From Mobula hypostoma (Eukaryota), in contig NC_086108.1 in NCBI RefSeq assembly GCF_963921235.1, positions 97,900,001 to 97,964,000 of the forward strand: a stretch of DNA of 64,000 bases, given 5' to 3'. How positions within the stretch are numbered: position 1 is the first letter of the stretch; every line of letters starts with the position of its first letter. The notes beneath the pieces are model-generated. The model had not been told where the DNA came from. It ran no database searches and saw only the letters and a list, made by a program, of their open reading frames with translations. Made by a program: the position numbers and the translations under genes. Of this stretch, positions 21,970 to 34,505 are shown in pieces.

Positions 21970-22680
21970 AAACCGAAGGGTAAACTGTCCTCGCTGGATC
22001 TCAGCACCTCTCTCTGTCTGTATTGGATCCTGGACTTCTTGACAGAAAGGCCTCAGTCAGTCTGTGTTGGCAGAAACATCTGCAGCTCCATCACGCTGAG
22101 CGCCGGCAAACCCCAGGGCTACATATTCATTCCAGTGCTCTTCGTATTGCTGATGCTTGATGGCATCACTAGATCCAATTCAAACCAAATCATCGTGTTT
22201 GCTGATGATGCAAGGCAACAACAACAACGAGATGGAGTACAGAGAGGAGGTAGAATAGTGCGAGCACAACAACTTGAGTCTCAGCATGGACAATACTAAA
22301 GAGATCACTGCGGACTTTAGAAAGATTCAGGCTGACTACACATGCACGGCTTCTCAATGGAAAGAGTTAGGAGCACCAAATTTCTGCCAGTGCACATAAC
22401 AGACAATCTCACCTGGTCCCTTAACACCAGCTCTTTGGTCAAGAAAGCACAGCAGCGTTTCCACTTCCTGAGCAGATTGAGGTAAGTGAGGATTTCCCCC
22501 CACCATTTTAACCAATTTTTACAGGAGAATCATCAATAGTTCCTGACCAGCTGCAACACCGTCCGGTACAAGATAAGTCCCTACAAAGAGTTGCGAGGAT
22601 GCTGAGAGGATCATCAGGGTCTCTCTTCTACTCATGAGAGATATTTATTTAAAGACATTCCCAGCATGCCCTCTAATGCT
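21970..22680 (+). mobile_element. Degenerate Rex1/Babar RT fragment
   Basis: ORF 21958-22299 WILDFLTERPQSV..GKPQG..IVFADD; downstream KKAQQR-like coding remnant. Confidence 0.75.
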
Positions 22681-22744
22681 TGAACATTTCTTTTGTGTCT
22701 CACTGACCAACATGGACGCTGTACCTGGGTGACTGTGGCAACTT

Positions 22745-24420
22745 GCAGCCACTGCCATGATAAGCCCGCTCTCAGGCTGGAGGAACAATACCTTATACTT
22801 CTGTCCAAGTGACCTCCAACCTGGTGGCATGAGTATCGATTTCTCTAACTTCCATTAATTTCTCCCCCCCACCTTCTTTTGGCCTCTCCTTTTACTTCTT
22901 CTCTTCTCTCCAACTGCCCATCACCTCCCTTTGTTGCCCCTCCTCCTGTCCTTTCTCCCATGGTCCACTCTCTTCTCCTTTACCATCCCCACCAACTTGG
23001 CTTCACCTATCACCTTCTCACTTGTCCTCCCCCCCACCTCTCCACCTTCTTATTCTGGTCTCTTCTCCCTTCCATTCCAGTCCTGAGGAAAGGTCTCAGT
23101 TCAAAATGTTGATCTTTTATTAATTTGCATAGATGGTGTCTGACCTACTGAATTCCTCCAGCACTTTGTGTGTGTTACTGTGGATTTCCAGCATCTGTTA
23201 AGATTCTGCAGATGCTGGAAATCCAGAGAAACACACGCAAAATGCTGAACAAACTCATCAGGTCAGGCAATGAAGTGTTAATGTTTCAGGCTGAGACCCT
23301 TCATCATGACAGGAGAAGAAAGGGGAAGAAGGCACGATAAGAAGGAGGGCAGGATGAAGGAATGGAATACAAGCTGGAAGGAGATAGGTGAAGCAAGGTG
23401 AGAGGAAAGATAGGTGAACAGGAGAGGGGAATTGAAGTGAAAAGCTGGGAGGTGATAAGGGACAGGAGATGGGAGTGGACCAGGAAACAGAAAAGAAGAA
23501 GGAGGGGCACCAGGAGGAGGTGATAGGCAGGTGAGGAGAAGAGATAAGAGGCCAGAGTGGGGAATAGATGAGGGAAGGAGGAGGCAAAAAGAAGCAAAAA
23601 AATTACCGGAAGGAGAAATGAAAGTTCACCCCATCAGGTTGGAGGCTACCTTGATGGAATATGAGGTGTTGCTCTGCCACCCTGAGAATGGCCCTTTCAT
23701 GGTAGAAGAGGACTGACGTGGCGGAATGGGAATAGGAATGATAATTAAAATGTCTGGCCACTGGGAGGTTTTGCTTCTGGTAGTTGGAGCAGAGGTGCCC
23801 AACAAAACAGTTCCCCAATTTACATTGGGTATTACGAATGTAGAGGAGGCCAGATCGGGAGCACTGGATACAATAGAAATGGACTGTGAATTTCAGGGAG
23901 GTTGGAAGTTGGAGGCAAAGTTGATTATATTGATGAACTCAGCATGGATGCATGAAGCAGCACCAATGCAGTCATCAATTTAGTACAGAGAGCATTGGGT
24001 TGCATTACCAGGAAACTCTTGAAACATGGGCTGTTCCGTGTAGCCAATGTAGCAGGTATAGCTAAGGTCAATGCAGGTGCCCATGGCTACCGCTTTAGTT
24101 TGAAGGAAGTAGGAGGTCAATTTCCCACTCTAACCTCTTACCTCTTCTTCTCACCTTCCTCTGGTGCCCCAGCTTCCTCCCTCTCTCCCATGGTCCATTC
24201 TCCTCTCCTAACAGACTCCTCCTTCTCCAGCCATTTGCCGTTCCCACCTACCTATCACCTTCTAGCTTGTCCTCCTTCCTTTCTTCCCACCTTTTTATTC
24301 AGGCATCTTTCCCCTTCCTCTCCAGTCCTGATGAAACATCAACTGTTTACTCATTTCTATAGATGCAGCTTAACCTGCTGAGCTCCTCCAGCATTTTGTG
24401 TGTGTCACTCTGCGGAATCT
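22745..24420. mobile_element. Cluster of three Penelope 3' fragments in alternating orientation (+ 22745-23197, - 23203-24110, + 24120-24420)
   Basis: GIY-YIG C-terminal remnant (ORF 23603-23818 LPVARHFN..EQHLIFHQGSLQPDGVN), pyrimidine-rich spacer, and terminal motif TGGATTTCCAGCATCTG facing its reverse complement at 23181-23227. Confidence 0.8.
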
Positions 24421-24839
24421 CATAGTGTAGTATCAGTAATGCATCGTTTTCTCATTCATCTCTGGGGGGTGATGTCACCAAAATGGCCAGCATTGATTGG
24501 CCATCCCTCACTGCCCTTTTAAATGAATGGCTTGCTGAGATGCGTCAGAAGGTTGTGTGACTTGAGTCATGCAGACAGGCCAAATTGGATAAGGAGAACA
24601 GATTTCCTTCCATTTTGCAGTCATCGTTACTAATAATAGATCTTTTCTTCCAGATTTATTTAATTAACGAACTGGAACTCACCCTCTACAAGGATGGTAG
24701 AATCAGCTTATCAGGGCTTTTGAAAAGCAATTGGACAGGGAACTAGGGGAAAGGAATCTTCAGAACTCTGTGAAAGGAATGTGAGAATGGAATCAGAATC
24801 AGCTGAATTATCTCTGAATAAGATAATAAAAGATTGAAA

Positions 24840-25450
24840 GACTACAGAGAAATTTTACAAGGTGGTTGCCAGGACTTGAGAACCTGTGCTATAGAGAAAG
24901 TTTGAATAGTTTCAGACTTTGTTCCCTGGAGTTTAGGAGAATAAAGGAAGATTTGATAGAGGTGTACTAAATTATTAGGGGTCTGGATAGTGGAAATGAA
25001 AGCAGGTTTTTTTCCACTGATGTTGGGTGACTAGAACTAGAGATTAATGGGTTAAGAGTGAAAGGTGAAATGATTAAGGGGAACATGGGGGTGGAGAGAG
25101 TGTGAATCAAATTGCCAGCGAAAGAGATGGATGTTTCAATAGTTCAATGTCTCCATTTAATATCAGAGAATGTATGTATACAGTATACAACCTAAAATTC
25201 TTACTTTTTGCAGACATCCATGAATCAGACGAAAAATTCCAAAGAATGAATGACAGAAAAATGTTAGAACCCTGATGTGGATTCCATTTCAATATTAAAG
25301 AGAAATTTGGATAATGACATAGATGGGAGAGGTATGGAAGGCTATGCTCTGGGTGCAAGTCAATGGGAATAGGTAGACTAATAGTTTGGCACAGACAAGA
25401 TGGGCCAAAGGGCGGTTTTGGTACTGTAGTGCTCTATGACTTTATGACTG
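24840..25450 (+). mobile_element. Old CR1 3' fragment
   Basis: Collinear with 10630-10804 plus 11955-12260; CTATGA-type tail. Confidence 0.7.
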
Positions 25451-28400
25451 TATCACTGGCATTTTAGTTCAAGCTGCTCATCCTTTCTGCTGCTGACCCT
25501 CACTGAGAGCTGGTATGTGTTCTCCTGTCTTCCCCTTCCTGAAGTCCACAATCAATTACTTGGTCTTGTAACAATGAGTTCTGACAGTGGGACATACATC
25601 GACTCGATGGACTGAACAGTCTCCTCTCCCCCTTCTATGATTCTCTGAACTGTATTTAAGCTACAGAGCAGTAGCGGTAAGATTTGAAATGATGCTCCTG
25701 GAGCAACACATGCAAAATGCTGGAGGAACGCAGCAGGTCAGGCAGCATCTAAGGATCTATGGATGATCCTGGATCTGTAGTCAAGTCTCTCTCCAGCAGT
25801 GCGGACATCGTGCAGAAGTACCCCAGGGTTAAATGACATGAGCTTAATCAGCCTTCGCACAGGGCCAGGGAATGAGGCACTGGGTCAGGTAAACCCACAG
25901 TTGCTGGCTAATTTCTCTGGATTTTCACCTTATCATGGACATCTCCATTTGTTATATTCAAGTTCAAGTTCGGATTCAAGTTTGTTGTCATAGCCTTACG
26001 TGCCCAGAGTATAAATGCCATGAAAAATAGCCTTCCTGCAACAGCAGCAAACTGCACTACATCCAGGATAAATATAAACTACATAGTCTGGGCCCAAAAT
26101 ATTGACTCTTTATTTCTCTCCATAGATGCTGTCTGTCCTGCTGAGTTCCTCCAGCATTTTGTGTGTTACTCTAAATTTCTAGCATCTTCAGAATCTCTTG
26201 TGCTTATAAATTATATAAACAGATTAACATAGATTACAATTAACTTATACAACATAATAAACAAAAATGAACATAATGACGTTAATGAAAGTTGAGTGAA
26301 ATAGGGGTGGGTTTGAAGCTTTACAAGTCAATTTGAGAACCTGGTGGGGAAGAACCTGTCATTGAACCTTGAGGTGTGGGTCTTCAGGCTCCTGTACCTC
26401 CTGCCGAATCACAGCAATGAGAAGAGACAGTTGGAATCCTTAATGAAGACATTGACTGCTGTGTATTTACCTTCATAGAGACATGGCTCCTACCCAAGCT
26501 CTCTGAACACAGCACTCCTACCCAAAGGTTTCACCTCCACACCTCACTATTCACAATCCTTCTTCCTTCAAGCTTGTCTATCTCCTACCTGCAAGGTTAA
26601 AGTCAAAGTAAATTTCAGATTGCATCTACATATGTCACCATATTCTATTTTGAGATTCATTTTCTTGCAGACATCAGAATCAGATTTAATATCACTGGTA
26701 TATGTCGTGAAATTTGTTGTTACGGAGCAGCAGTAGATTGCAATACATAATAATAAAAACTATAAATTACAGTAAGTATATATATATTTTAAAAGTTAAA
26801 TAAATTAAGTAGTACAAAACGAGAAAAAGATTGTGGTGAGGTAGTGCTCATGAGTTCAATGTCCACTCAGATATCAGATGGAAGAGGGGAAGAAACTGTT
26901 CCTGAACCATTGAGTGTGTGCCTTCAGGCTTCAGTACCTCCTTCCTGAAGGTAGCAATGAGAACTGGGTATGTCCTTGGTGATGGGGGTCCTTAATGATG
27001 GATGCTGCCTTTCAGAAGCATCACTCCTTGAAGACATCCTGGATGCTAGGGACGCTAGTGCCCATGATGAGTTGAATGAGTTCACAACTTTACAACTTTT
27101 ACAGGAAAATAAAAAAAAGAATAGAATTCATGAAAAACTGAATATGAACAAAGACTGACAGCAAATGAAGATAAATTATGCAAGTAAATAAACAAACAAA
27201 CAATACCGAGCACATGAGTTGTAAAGTCCTTGAAAGTAAATCTGTAGTTTTGGAATCAGTTTAGAGTTGAGGTGAGTGGAATTATCCATGCTAGTTCAGA
27301 GTCCAATGGTTGTTGGGTAATAGCTGTTCCTGAACCTGGTGGTGTGGGACCTCGAGCTCCATACCTCTTTCTTGATGGTAGTAGTGAGGAGGGAGCATGA
27401 TCTGGATGGTGAGGAGTCCATGATGTTGGATGCTGCTTTCTTATGGCTGTGCTCCATGTAAGTGAGCCCAGTGGTGGAGAGGGCTTTGCCTATGATGGAC
27501 TGGGCTGTTATCACCACTTTTTGTAGGCTTTTCCATTCCTGGACATTGATGTTTCCTTACCAGGCCATGATTCAACCAGTCAGGGAACTCTTCTCTGCGC
27601 ACCTCTACAATGGGATGGTAGATGAAGCAGCCCACGAGGGTATTTTACTGGGTCAAAGCTGCAGGTTTTTAGCCGAGGAGAGAGAGAAAGAGCAAGAGGC
27701 AGGCAGGCAGGCAGGGAGACAGGGGGGAAGAGGACTGGGGAGGGAATCCCAGAATTTTGGGTCCAGATGGCTGATGACACAGCCGCCAATGTTGGAGTGA
27801 GGGAACAGGGAGATGCACAAGCAGCTATTGTTGGAGGAGTACAGATTTCTTCACCAGCGCAATGCATCGTTTCAGTGTGACTTCCTCTTCCGTCTGCTCC
27901 CCTGATTTAAGAATATAATGCAGCCTTTTCTTCCTTTAGTTGAGTTCTCCGCAGTGACTGGACACGAAGTGCTGAATCTTTTAGCACTTCCCAGATCTCT
28001 TCCAATCTCACTCTTAGCTCGTCCAATACTGTTCATGGAGTACATATGTAAAACACATAACACTGTGCTATGCTGAGAGAGCCAGGGTGAACAGCTTGTT
28101 CTAATATATATGTAGCGTTAACTAGGCTCAGTTGGTAGTGTTCTTGCCACTGAGTCACAAGGTCACAGGTTCATTCTCCGCTCCAGCTCTTGAACAGATT
28201 AATGCAGAACAGAGGGAAAATAATTTGCAGGGCCGCAGGGGAAGAGTAGTGGGGGCGGGGGGGGGGGGGTGCGGTTGGTGGCTGGTGGGACAGAATAAAT
28301 TGCTTTGCAATGAGCTGACATGGATTTGACGGGCAGCATGGCCTTGCTCTGTGCCCTGACAATTCTGGCATTCAGTGACTTCAGTCTTGCTGCTAACTTG

Positions 28401-29569
28401 TTAAAGAGATCTATCAAAGGCCAGTTTGTGTTTCGTTTTAAATGACCCCCATGCTCACTAGAAGTCACTACACTGCTGGGAAATTACTTTATTCTTTTTA
28501 ATGTCACTGTTAATGTTGGCAAGGTGGGATGCTCAGTGTCGTAGAGGTCCTATGGACAGTGAGGGTCCAACGGACCAATCTGTTACAACAAAGTCAGAGT
28601 CATGGAATAATACAGCCCGGAATCAGGCCCTTCTGCCCAATGGCTCCATGCTGACCACAGAGTACTTCCTACCCGTCCCAGGAAAAGGCTGCAGAGAGCT
28701 ACAAGCTCAGCCAGCTCTTTGATGGGCATTAGCCTCAGCAGCATCGAGGGCATCTTCGGAGGGCAATGCCTTAAGAAGACGACATCCTTCATTAAGGATG
28801 CCCATCACCCAGAACTTGCCCTCTTTCTCATGGCTGCAATCAAGGAGGAGGTGCAGAAGCCTGAAGACTCACACTCAGTGTTTTAAGAACAGCTTTTTCC
28901 CCACTGTTATCAGACTTCTGAATGGACAATGAGCCCATGTTCAATACCTCACCGGTCCTTTTTTCTCTCTTCTTGTACTGCCTATTTCATTTAATTATCT
29001 ATAACTAGATGTATATAGTTATAAAACAACATATTTCATGACATATGCAGGTGATTCTTAACTTGATTCTGAATCAGTTGTCTGCATTTGGCCTTTACCT
29101 CTCCATGCCCTTCCCCACCATGACTGGAACCTATCTAAATGCCTCTTAAATGTTGCATTTGTGCCCACCTGGAGCACTTCCTGTGACAGCTCATTCCAGG
29201 TGTTCATGGATTACCTGCAATGAGCTTCCAGGTAGTCACCCCTAGGTACTCACTACCCTCTGTGTAAAGAAAGTACTTTTCAGGGGTACCTTAAATTTCC
29301 TCTCTCATATTCTGTCTCTGTTGCCTCTAGCTCTGAACTTCCCAATGCTGGGGAAAACATTATGACCATCCACCTTATCCATACTCCTCATGATTCTATA
29401 AACTTCCATAAGGTCACCTCTCATTCTCCTGCACTCGGGGAATAAAGGTCCGGAGTGGCCAACCTCTCTCTGTATCTCATGCCCTCTAGTCCAGACAGCA
29501 TCCTTGTAAATGTCTTCTGCACCCGCTCCAACTTGACATTGTCTTTCCTATAACCGAAACTGTGCCCAG

Positions 29570-29870
29570 CACCTGAGGCCCTCCACTGGGTGGGGTCATC
29601 CAGGGACGTTGTGTCCTAGCGGTCTGCGCTGTCATCGTCGGTGGGTAGGCAAGCCAGGGCAGTACAATAAGGAGAGCCAGCTGTAGCCCGTGCAGCAGGC
29701 TCCCTCTCTCCACACAGCTGATGAATCCAAAGGAACGGCCGAGATCAATACAGTTTGGCACCAGCGGTGTTTCAGGAGTTGCCAGTCAGCGTTGAACTCA
29801 ACATAAGAGTACCTTAGGGGCCCCAGCTCTGCACTTTTTCTCAGAGTTTACCCTCAAAGCATTCACATGT
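29570..29870 (-). mobile_element. Non-coding SINE-like element related to 32410-33045 and 53270-53700
   Basis: Reverse complement shares CCCTAAGG..GGCAACTCCTG..GCTGGTGCCAAA..TTCCTTTGGA with the other two copies. Confidence 0.6.
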
Positions 29871-30107
29871 GTGAGATCACCAGTGATTGTCCCAGTTCCT
29901 AAACTTATTCCCTGACCTTCGAAGACCAGCACACTAAATTCCTCCTTCATCACGCAGTTTACTTGCATAGCCGCGTTCAGTGAATTGTGCACTTGTACTG
30001 CCAGGTCCCTCCATTCCACAATGCTCATGCAGAATATGCAATCCAGTCATTTCCATTGTTTGCTGTAATCCAAACTGGACAATTATTTCAGAGACATGTG
30101 AGTTCTT

Positions 30108-30310
30108 GTAGATGCTGGAAATGTTGAAACACACACAGAATGCTAGAAAATCTCAGCAGGTCAAACAATATCTATGGAGGGAAATGAACAGTTGCTGTTT
30201 CCAGGCGAGACCTGATGAAGGGTCTCGGCCTAAAGCATTGACTGTTCATTCCTCTCTGTCAGTGCTGGTGGAGCTGCCGAGTTCTTCTAGCATTCTCTGT
30301 CTGTGTTGGA
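30108..30310. repeat. Palindromic Penelope-terminus element with hammerhead-like core
   Basis: Inverted arms (CAGAATGCTAGAA / TTCTAGCATTCT); CCTGATGAAGGGTCTCGGCC at 30211. Confidence 0.7.
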
Positions 30311-31740
30311 CAATAAGTATTGAGAACGCGAGTTGTAGAACCCTAAAGAGTGAATCCACAGTTCAGTGTTGGGTGAGTGAAGTTATCCCCTCTGGTTCCA
30401 CGACCTTATGGTTCAAAGGTAATAACTGTTCCTGAACCTGGTGCTAAGGGACTTGAAGCTTCTGTACCTCCTTCCTGATGGCAGCAGCAAGAAGAGAACA
30501 TGGCCTGGATTGTGGAGCTCCTTGAGGATGGATGCTGCTTTCCTGTGACAGCGTTCCTTGTAGATGTGCTCAATGGTGGGGAGGGTTTTACCTGGGATGG
30601 ACTGGTCTGTATCCACTACTTTTTTGTAGGTTTTTCCATTCAAGGGCATTGGCGTTCCCATAGCAAGCTGTGTTGCAACCAATTAGTATTCTCTCCACTG
30701 CACATTTATAGAAGTTTTTTTAGAGTTTTAGATGTCATGCCAAATCTGCACAAACTTCTGAGGAAGTAGAGGCACTGCTGTACTTTGTACTGGGAGTTAC
30801 CTGCTGGACCCAGGACACATCCTTTGAAATGATAATGCCGAGGAATTTAAAATTGCTGACCCTCTCCACTTCTGATCCTCTGATGAGGACTGGCTCTTGG
30901 ACCTCTGGTTTCCACCTCCTGTAGTCAATGTCAGCTCTTTGGTCTTGCTGACCCTGAGTGAGAGGTCGTTGCTGTGGCACCACTCAGCCAGATTTTCAAT
31001 CTCCCTCCTATATGCCAATTCATCATCACCTGCGATTTGGCCCACAAAGGTGATGCCGTCAGCAAACTTAAATGTGTCATTGGAGCTGTGCTTAGCCTCA
31101 GGGTAATCAGTATAAAGCATGTAGAGCAAGGGGCTAAGCACACAGCCCTGTGGGGCACCTGTGAGGTTGGAGATTATGGAGAAGATGTTGCTGCCAATCT
31201 AAACCAGCTGGAGTCTGCAAGTGAGGAAATTAAGGATCCTCTTGCATAAGGAGATATTGAGGCCTGGATCTTAGAACTTATTGATTAGTTTTGAGGAGAT
31301 GATAGTGTTGAATGCTGAGCTGTAGTCAATGAAGAATATCTTGAGGCATGCATCTTCATTGTCCTGATGTTCCAGAGTTGAGTGAAAAGCCAATGAAATT
31401 ACATCTATGTTGACCAGTTGTGATGGTAGGCCAATTGGAGCAGAGCCAAGTTGCTTCTCGGGCAGGAGTTGACATACTTCATCACCTACCTCTCAGAGCA
31501 CTTCATAACAGTAGATATAAGTGCCACTGGATGATAGTCATTGGGACAGGTTACCGTGTTCTCCTTGGGCACCGGTATAACTAAAGCCTGCTTGAAGCAG
31601 AGTAACTCAGAGTGCTGAAGCGGGAGGTTAAAGATATCAGTAAACAATCCAGCCAGTTGAAAAGCACAGATCTTCAGTACCTGGCCCGGTACCCTGTCTG
31701 GGCTGGATGCTTTCCGCATGTTCACCTTCCTGAAGGATAC
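30310..31740 (-). mobile_element. Rex1/Babar LINE RT region, fragmented
   Basis: ORFs 31486-31842 (NDYHPVALISTVMKC), 30797-31141 (LSPLLYMLYTD..KFAD..WCHSNDLSL), 30735-30983 and 30413-30682. Confidence 0.85.
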
Positions 31741-32409
31741 TTGAAGATGGCTGTGTACTTGAACACACTCTGAGTACAACAAAAGATCCAATTGTTCGTT
31801 CTTTTCGTCTTTTTTACCGTCGCTGGTTGTCAGGGACATCACGTAGAGTAGATCAACGCCACTAACAAGTTGCTCGATAGTGAAGGGGCTGGACTTCGTT
31901 TGGACCGTGTTGTTGCCTGTTACAGGAAGGCATCGGGCTCAATGCACGGAGACGGTGTGAAGTCTACAAATGGAGTGAGTGATTGTCTTGGACACTTTTC
32001 TTGTGAATGCAAGACCCTATTGGTCATTGGTAAGGTAGAATATGGCAAGACTAATACATTGGTTCATTGAAGAGATCACCAGTGGAGGAGCTGCGTGCTG
32101 TTGGTTGTGTGTAAACTAAGCCCTCAGCCATGAGGTTGCCTGTTGCCTCTGACCAGGGGAGAGGCACCAGAGGTGGTGTAGGAGAGAGCAGAGGTGTAGC
32201 AGGTGCACTGGGCTTCAAGCTGGGTTGAGGCATGGCCCTCCCATTGGTGCTGCCCTCCAGTGTCCATTTGGTGGAAGACAAGCCGGATTGCGTTCATCTC
32301 AGACCACAGCAGGCTCATTCTTGCGCAATCAGTCTAACGACATGACACCTAGCAAGTTGGGCTATAAGATATTTTTTGTGTGACTATATTTTTATATATA
32401 TTATGGTGT

Positions 32410-33045
32410 CAAATGGTTGTTGTGATGCGACTAGTGTGGTAGTGTAGTGTGGTAGCGCTTGTCACTCTCACTACCAGCTTCCACCGCTGGCTAGCAGTCT
32501 CACAAAAAGGAGAACTGAACGTGTAAGTCTCTCCCTGCCAGAACATAGCCTCTCCAATAGCTAGCCTCATGTAGTGCCTCCTCGCTGGCGACACATGGAA
32601 ACTGCACTTCTTCCGTTTTCAGGCTGAACTACAGAGGACGGGGGAGGAGGTCTGGCCCCTACGCACTGAGCACACAGGCCCTCCAGTGTGTGGACACGCC
32701 TGGTGCTCGTGAACCAGATCCTCATCTATGGGTAGATAGTGAGACTTCCTTGTGGGCAGCCTTGGGAGAGACAAAGGCTACCTGAGTAAACTGAGAGAGT
32801 AGATCTGGAGAGAAGCCCCTAAGGTGGCCGGACCTCATTGACCATCCTTCCGGCAGCTCCTGCAGCCAAGCTGGTGTCAGTCATATTGCTTCACAAGGTT
32901 TCCTTCGGAACACACCACTGAGGCCAGGAGGGGGATCTTGCTGACTGGGCATCCAGAATCTCCATACCTTCTGCCCAGGCTTGTGCCACCCATTGCACAT
33001 ACCTGTTGTCCTTCAAGACACATCGATGCCATCATCGTCAGAAGT
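32410..33045 (+). mobile_element. Non-coding SINE-like element (possibly RTE-dependent) with a degenerate HDV-like ribozyme core
   Basis: Appears inserted into another repeat; (CAT)-like tail; 3' half homologous to 53380-53690; GCCTCCTCGCTGGCG at 32576-32590. Confidence 0.55.
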
Positions 33046-33262
33046 ACCATATGTGTCTGATGCTGTGTATGACTTTTGGTACTAAGCTTTTCACCTTGAC
33101 CGTGGAGTATTTCTGTTCCGTTTGGCTGTATTCATGGGTATTTATGTATGGTTGAATGAGAATTGAACTTGAATTTAAAGCCTCAGAAAATGTCACGGGG
33201 GCTGTGGGAGTTTGTGAAGGTACCTCCCTGTTTTGTCAGTCAAAATGAGCATAAAAGGCCTT

Positions 33263-33450
33263 GAACACACACAAAATGCTGGAGGAACTCAGCAGGCCAG
33301 GCAGCATCTGTGGAAAAAAGTACAGTCGACGTCTCGGCCCGAAATGTTGACTGTACTTTTTTTGATAGGTGCTGCCTGGCTTGCTGAGTTCCTCCAGCAT
33401 TTTGTGTGTGTTGTTTGGATTTCAAGCATCTGCAGATTTTCTCTTGTTTA
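33263..33450. repeat. Palindromic Penelope-terminus element
   Basis: AACACACACAAAATGCTGGAGGAACTCAGCAGGCCAGGCAGCA.. / ..TGCTGCCTGGCTTGCTGAGTTCCTCCAGCATTTTGTGTGTGTT. Confidence 0.9.
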
Positions 33451-33871
33451 TAAAAGGCATTGAGCTCATCTGGGAGCGAAACCTTGTTGTTACACGTGTG
33501 GCTTGGTTTCACTTTGTAGGAGGTGATAGCATTCAAGCCCTGCCACAGATGTCGAGCATCCTTCTGTGATTCAAGTTCAGTCTTCGCATATGAGTTGTCT
33601 TTCCCGAACTCATACCTGGACCTTTTTATATTTTACTTGGTTATTGAACCAGAAGAGCCTGTTCAGTGTCTCTCAATAAAAATAAATAACCCAAGCCTTC
33701 TGTTCCTGGTTATACACTCTAACTTCTGTTGAATGTGTTGCTTGATTGCATAGTTACGTAGATGATACTTTTTGTCACTTTGGTGATGGCTGAAAGCAGA
33801 CTGATGGGGTGATAATTAGCTGCATTAAATTTGCTCCGTCTTCTGTGAACTGGACGTTCCTGGGCGTAAAT

Positions 33872-34505
33872 GCAAGAGATTCTGCAGATCCCAGAAATCC
33901 AGAGCAATAAGCACAAAATTCTGGAAGAACTCAGCATCTACGGAGAGGAATAAACAGTCAGTGTTTTGAATTGAAATCCTTCATCAGTCTTAGTGGAGGT
34001 CCCAGTCCGAAACATCAACAATTTATTCACACGTACTCCATCTAGGTAGCCTCCAACCTGATGGCAAGAACATTAATTTCTTGAGCTTCTGGTATTTGCA
34101 CCATTCCCATTCCCATTCCTGTTTCCGTTTCTCACCTTATCTCCTTCCCAGCCCATCACCTCCCTCTGGTGCTCCTCTCCCTTCCCTTGCTTCCATGGTC
34201 TTCTGTCCTCTCCCATCAGATTCTCCCTTCACCAGCCCTTCATCTCTTTCACCTGTCAGCTTCACAGCTCTTTACTTCACCCCTTCCCCACTCCCGGTTT
34301 CACCTACCATCTACCAACTTGTATTTCTTCCTCCCCTCACCGCACCTTCTTGCTCTAACTTCTCATCCTCTCTTTCCAGTCCTGATGAAGGGTCTCAGCC
34401 CGAAATGTCGACTGCTTACTCTTTTCCATAGATGCTGCCTGGCCTGCTGAGTTCCTCCAGTATTATGTGTGTGTGGCTTGGATTTCCAGCATCTGCAGAG
34501 TTTCC
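33872..34505 (+). mobile_element. Penelope 3' end with an inverted terminal segment
   Basis: Inverted terminus 33872-33990, GIY-YIG tail (CTAGGTAGCCTCCAACCTGATGGC), pyrimidine-rich spacer, hammerhead motif, terminus. Confidence 0.8.
34377..34414 (+). ncRNA. Minimal type I hammerhead ribozyme motif (Penelope-type)
   Basis: Stem I CAGTC/GACTG; core CTGATGA; stem II GGG-TCTCAG-CCC; GAAA; GTC cleavage triplet ending at 34409. Confidence 0.7.

Noticed and set aside
27872..28075. Possible exon after TTTTCTTCCTTTAG in repeat-poor sequence
   Set aside because: No convincing donor and no recognisable peptide on either strand.
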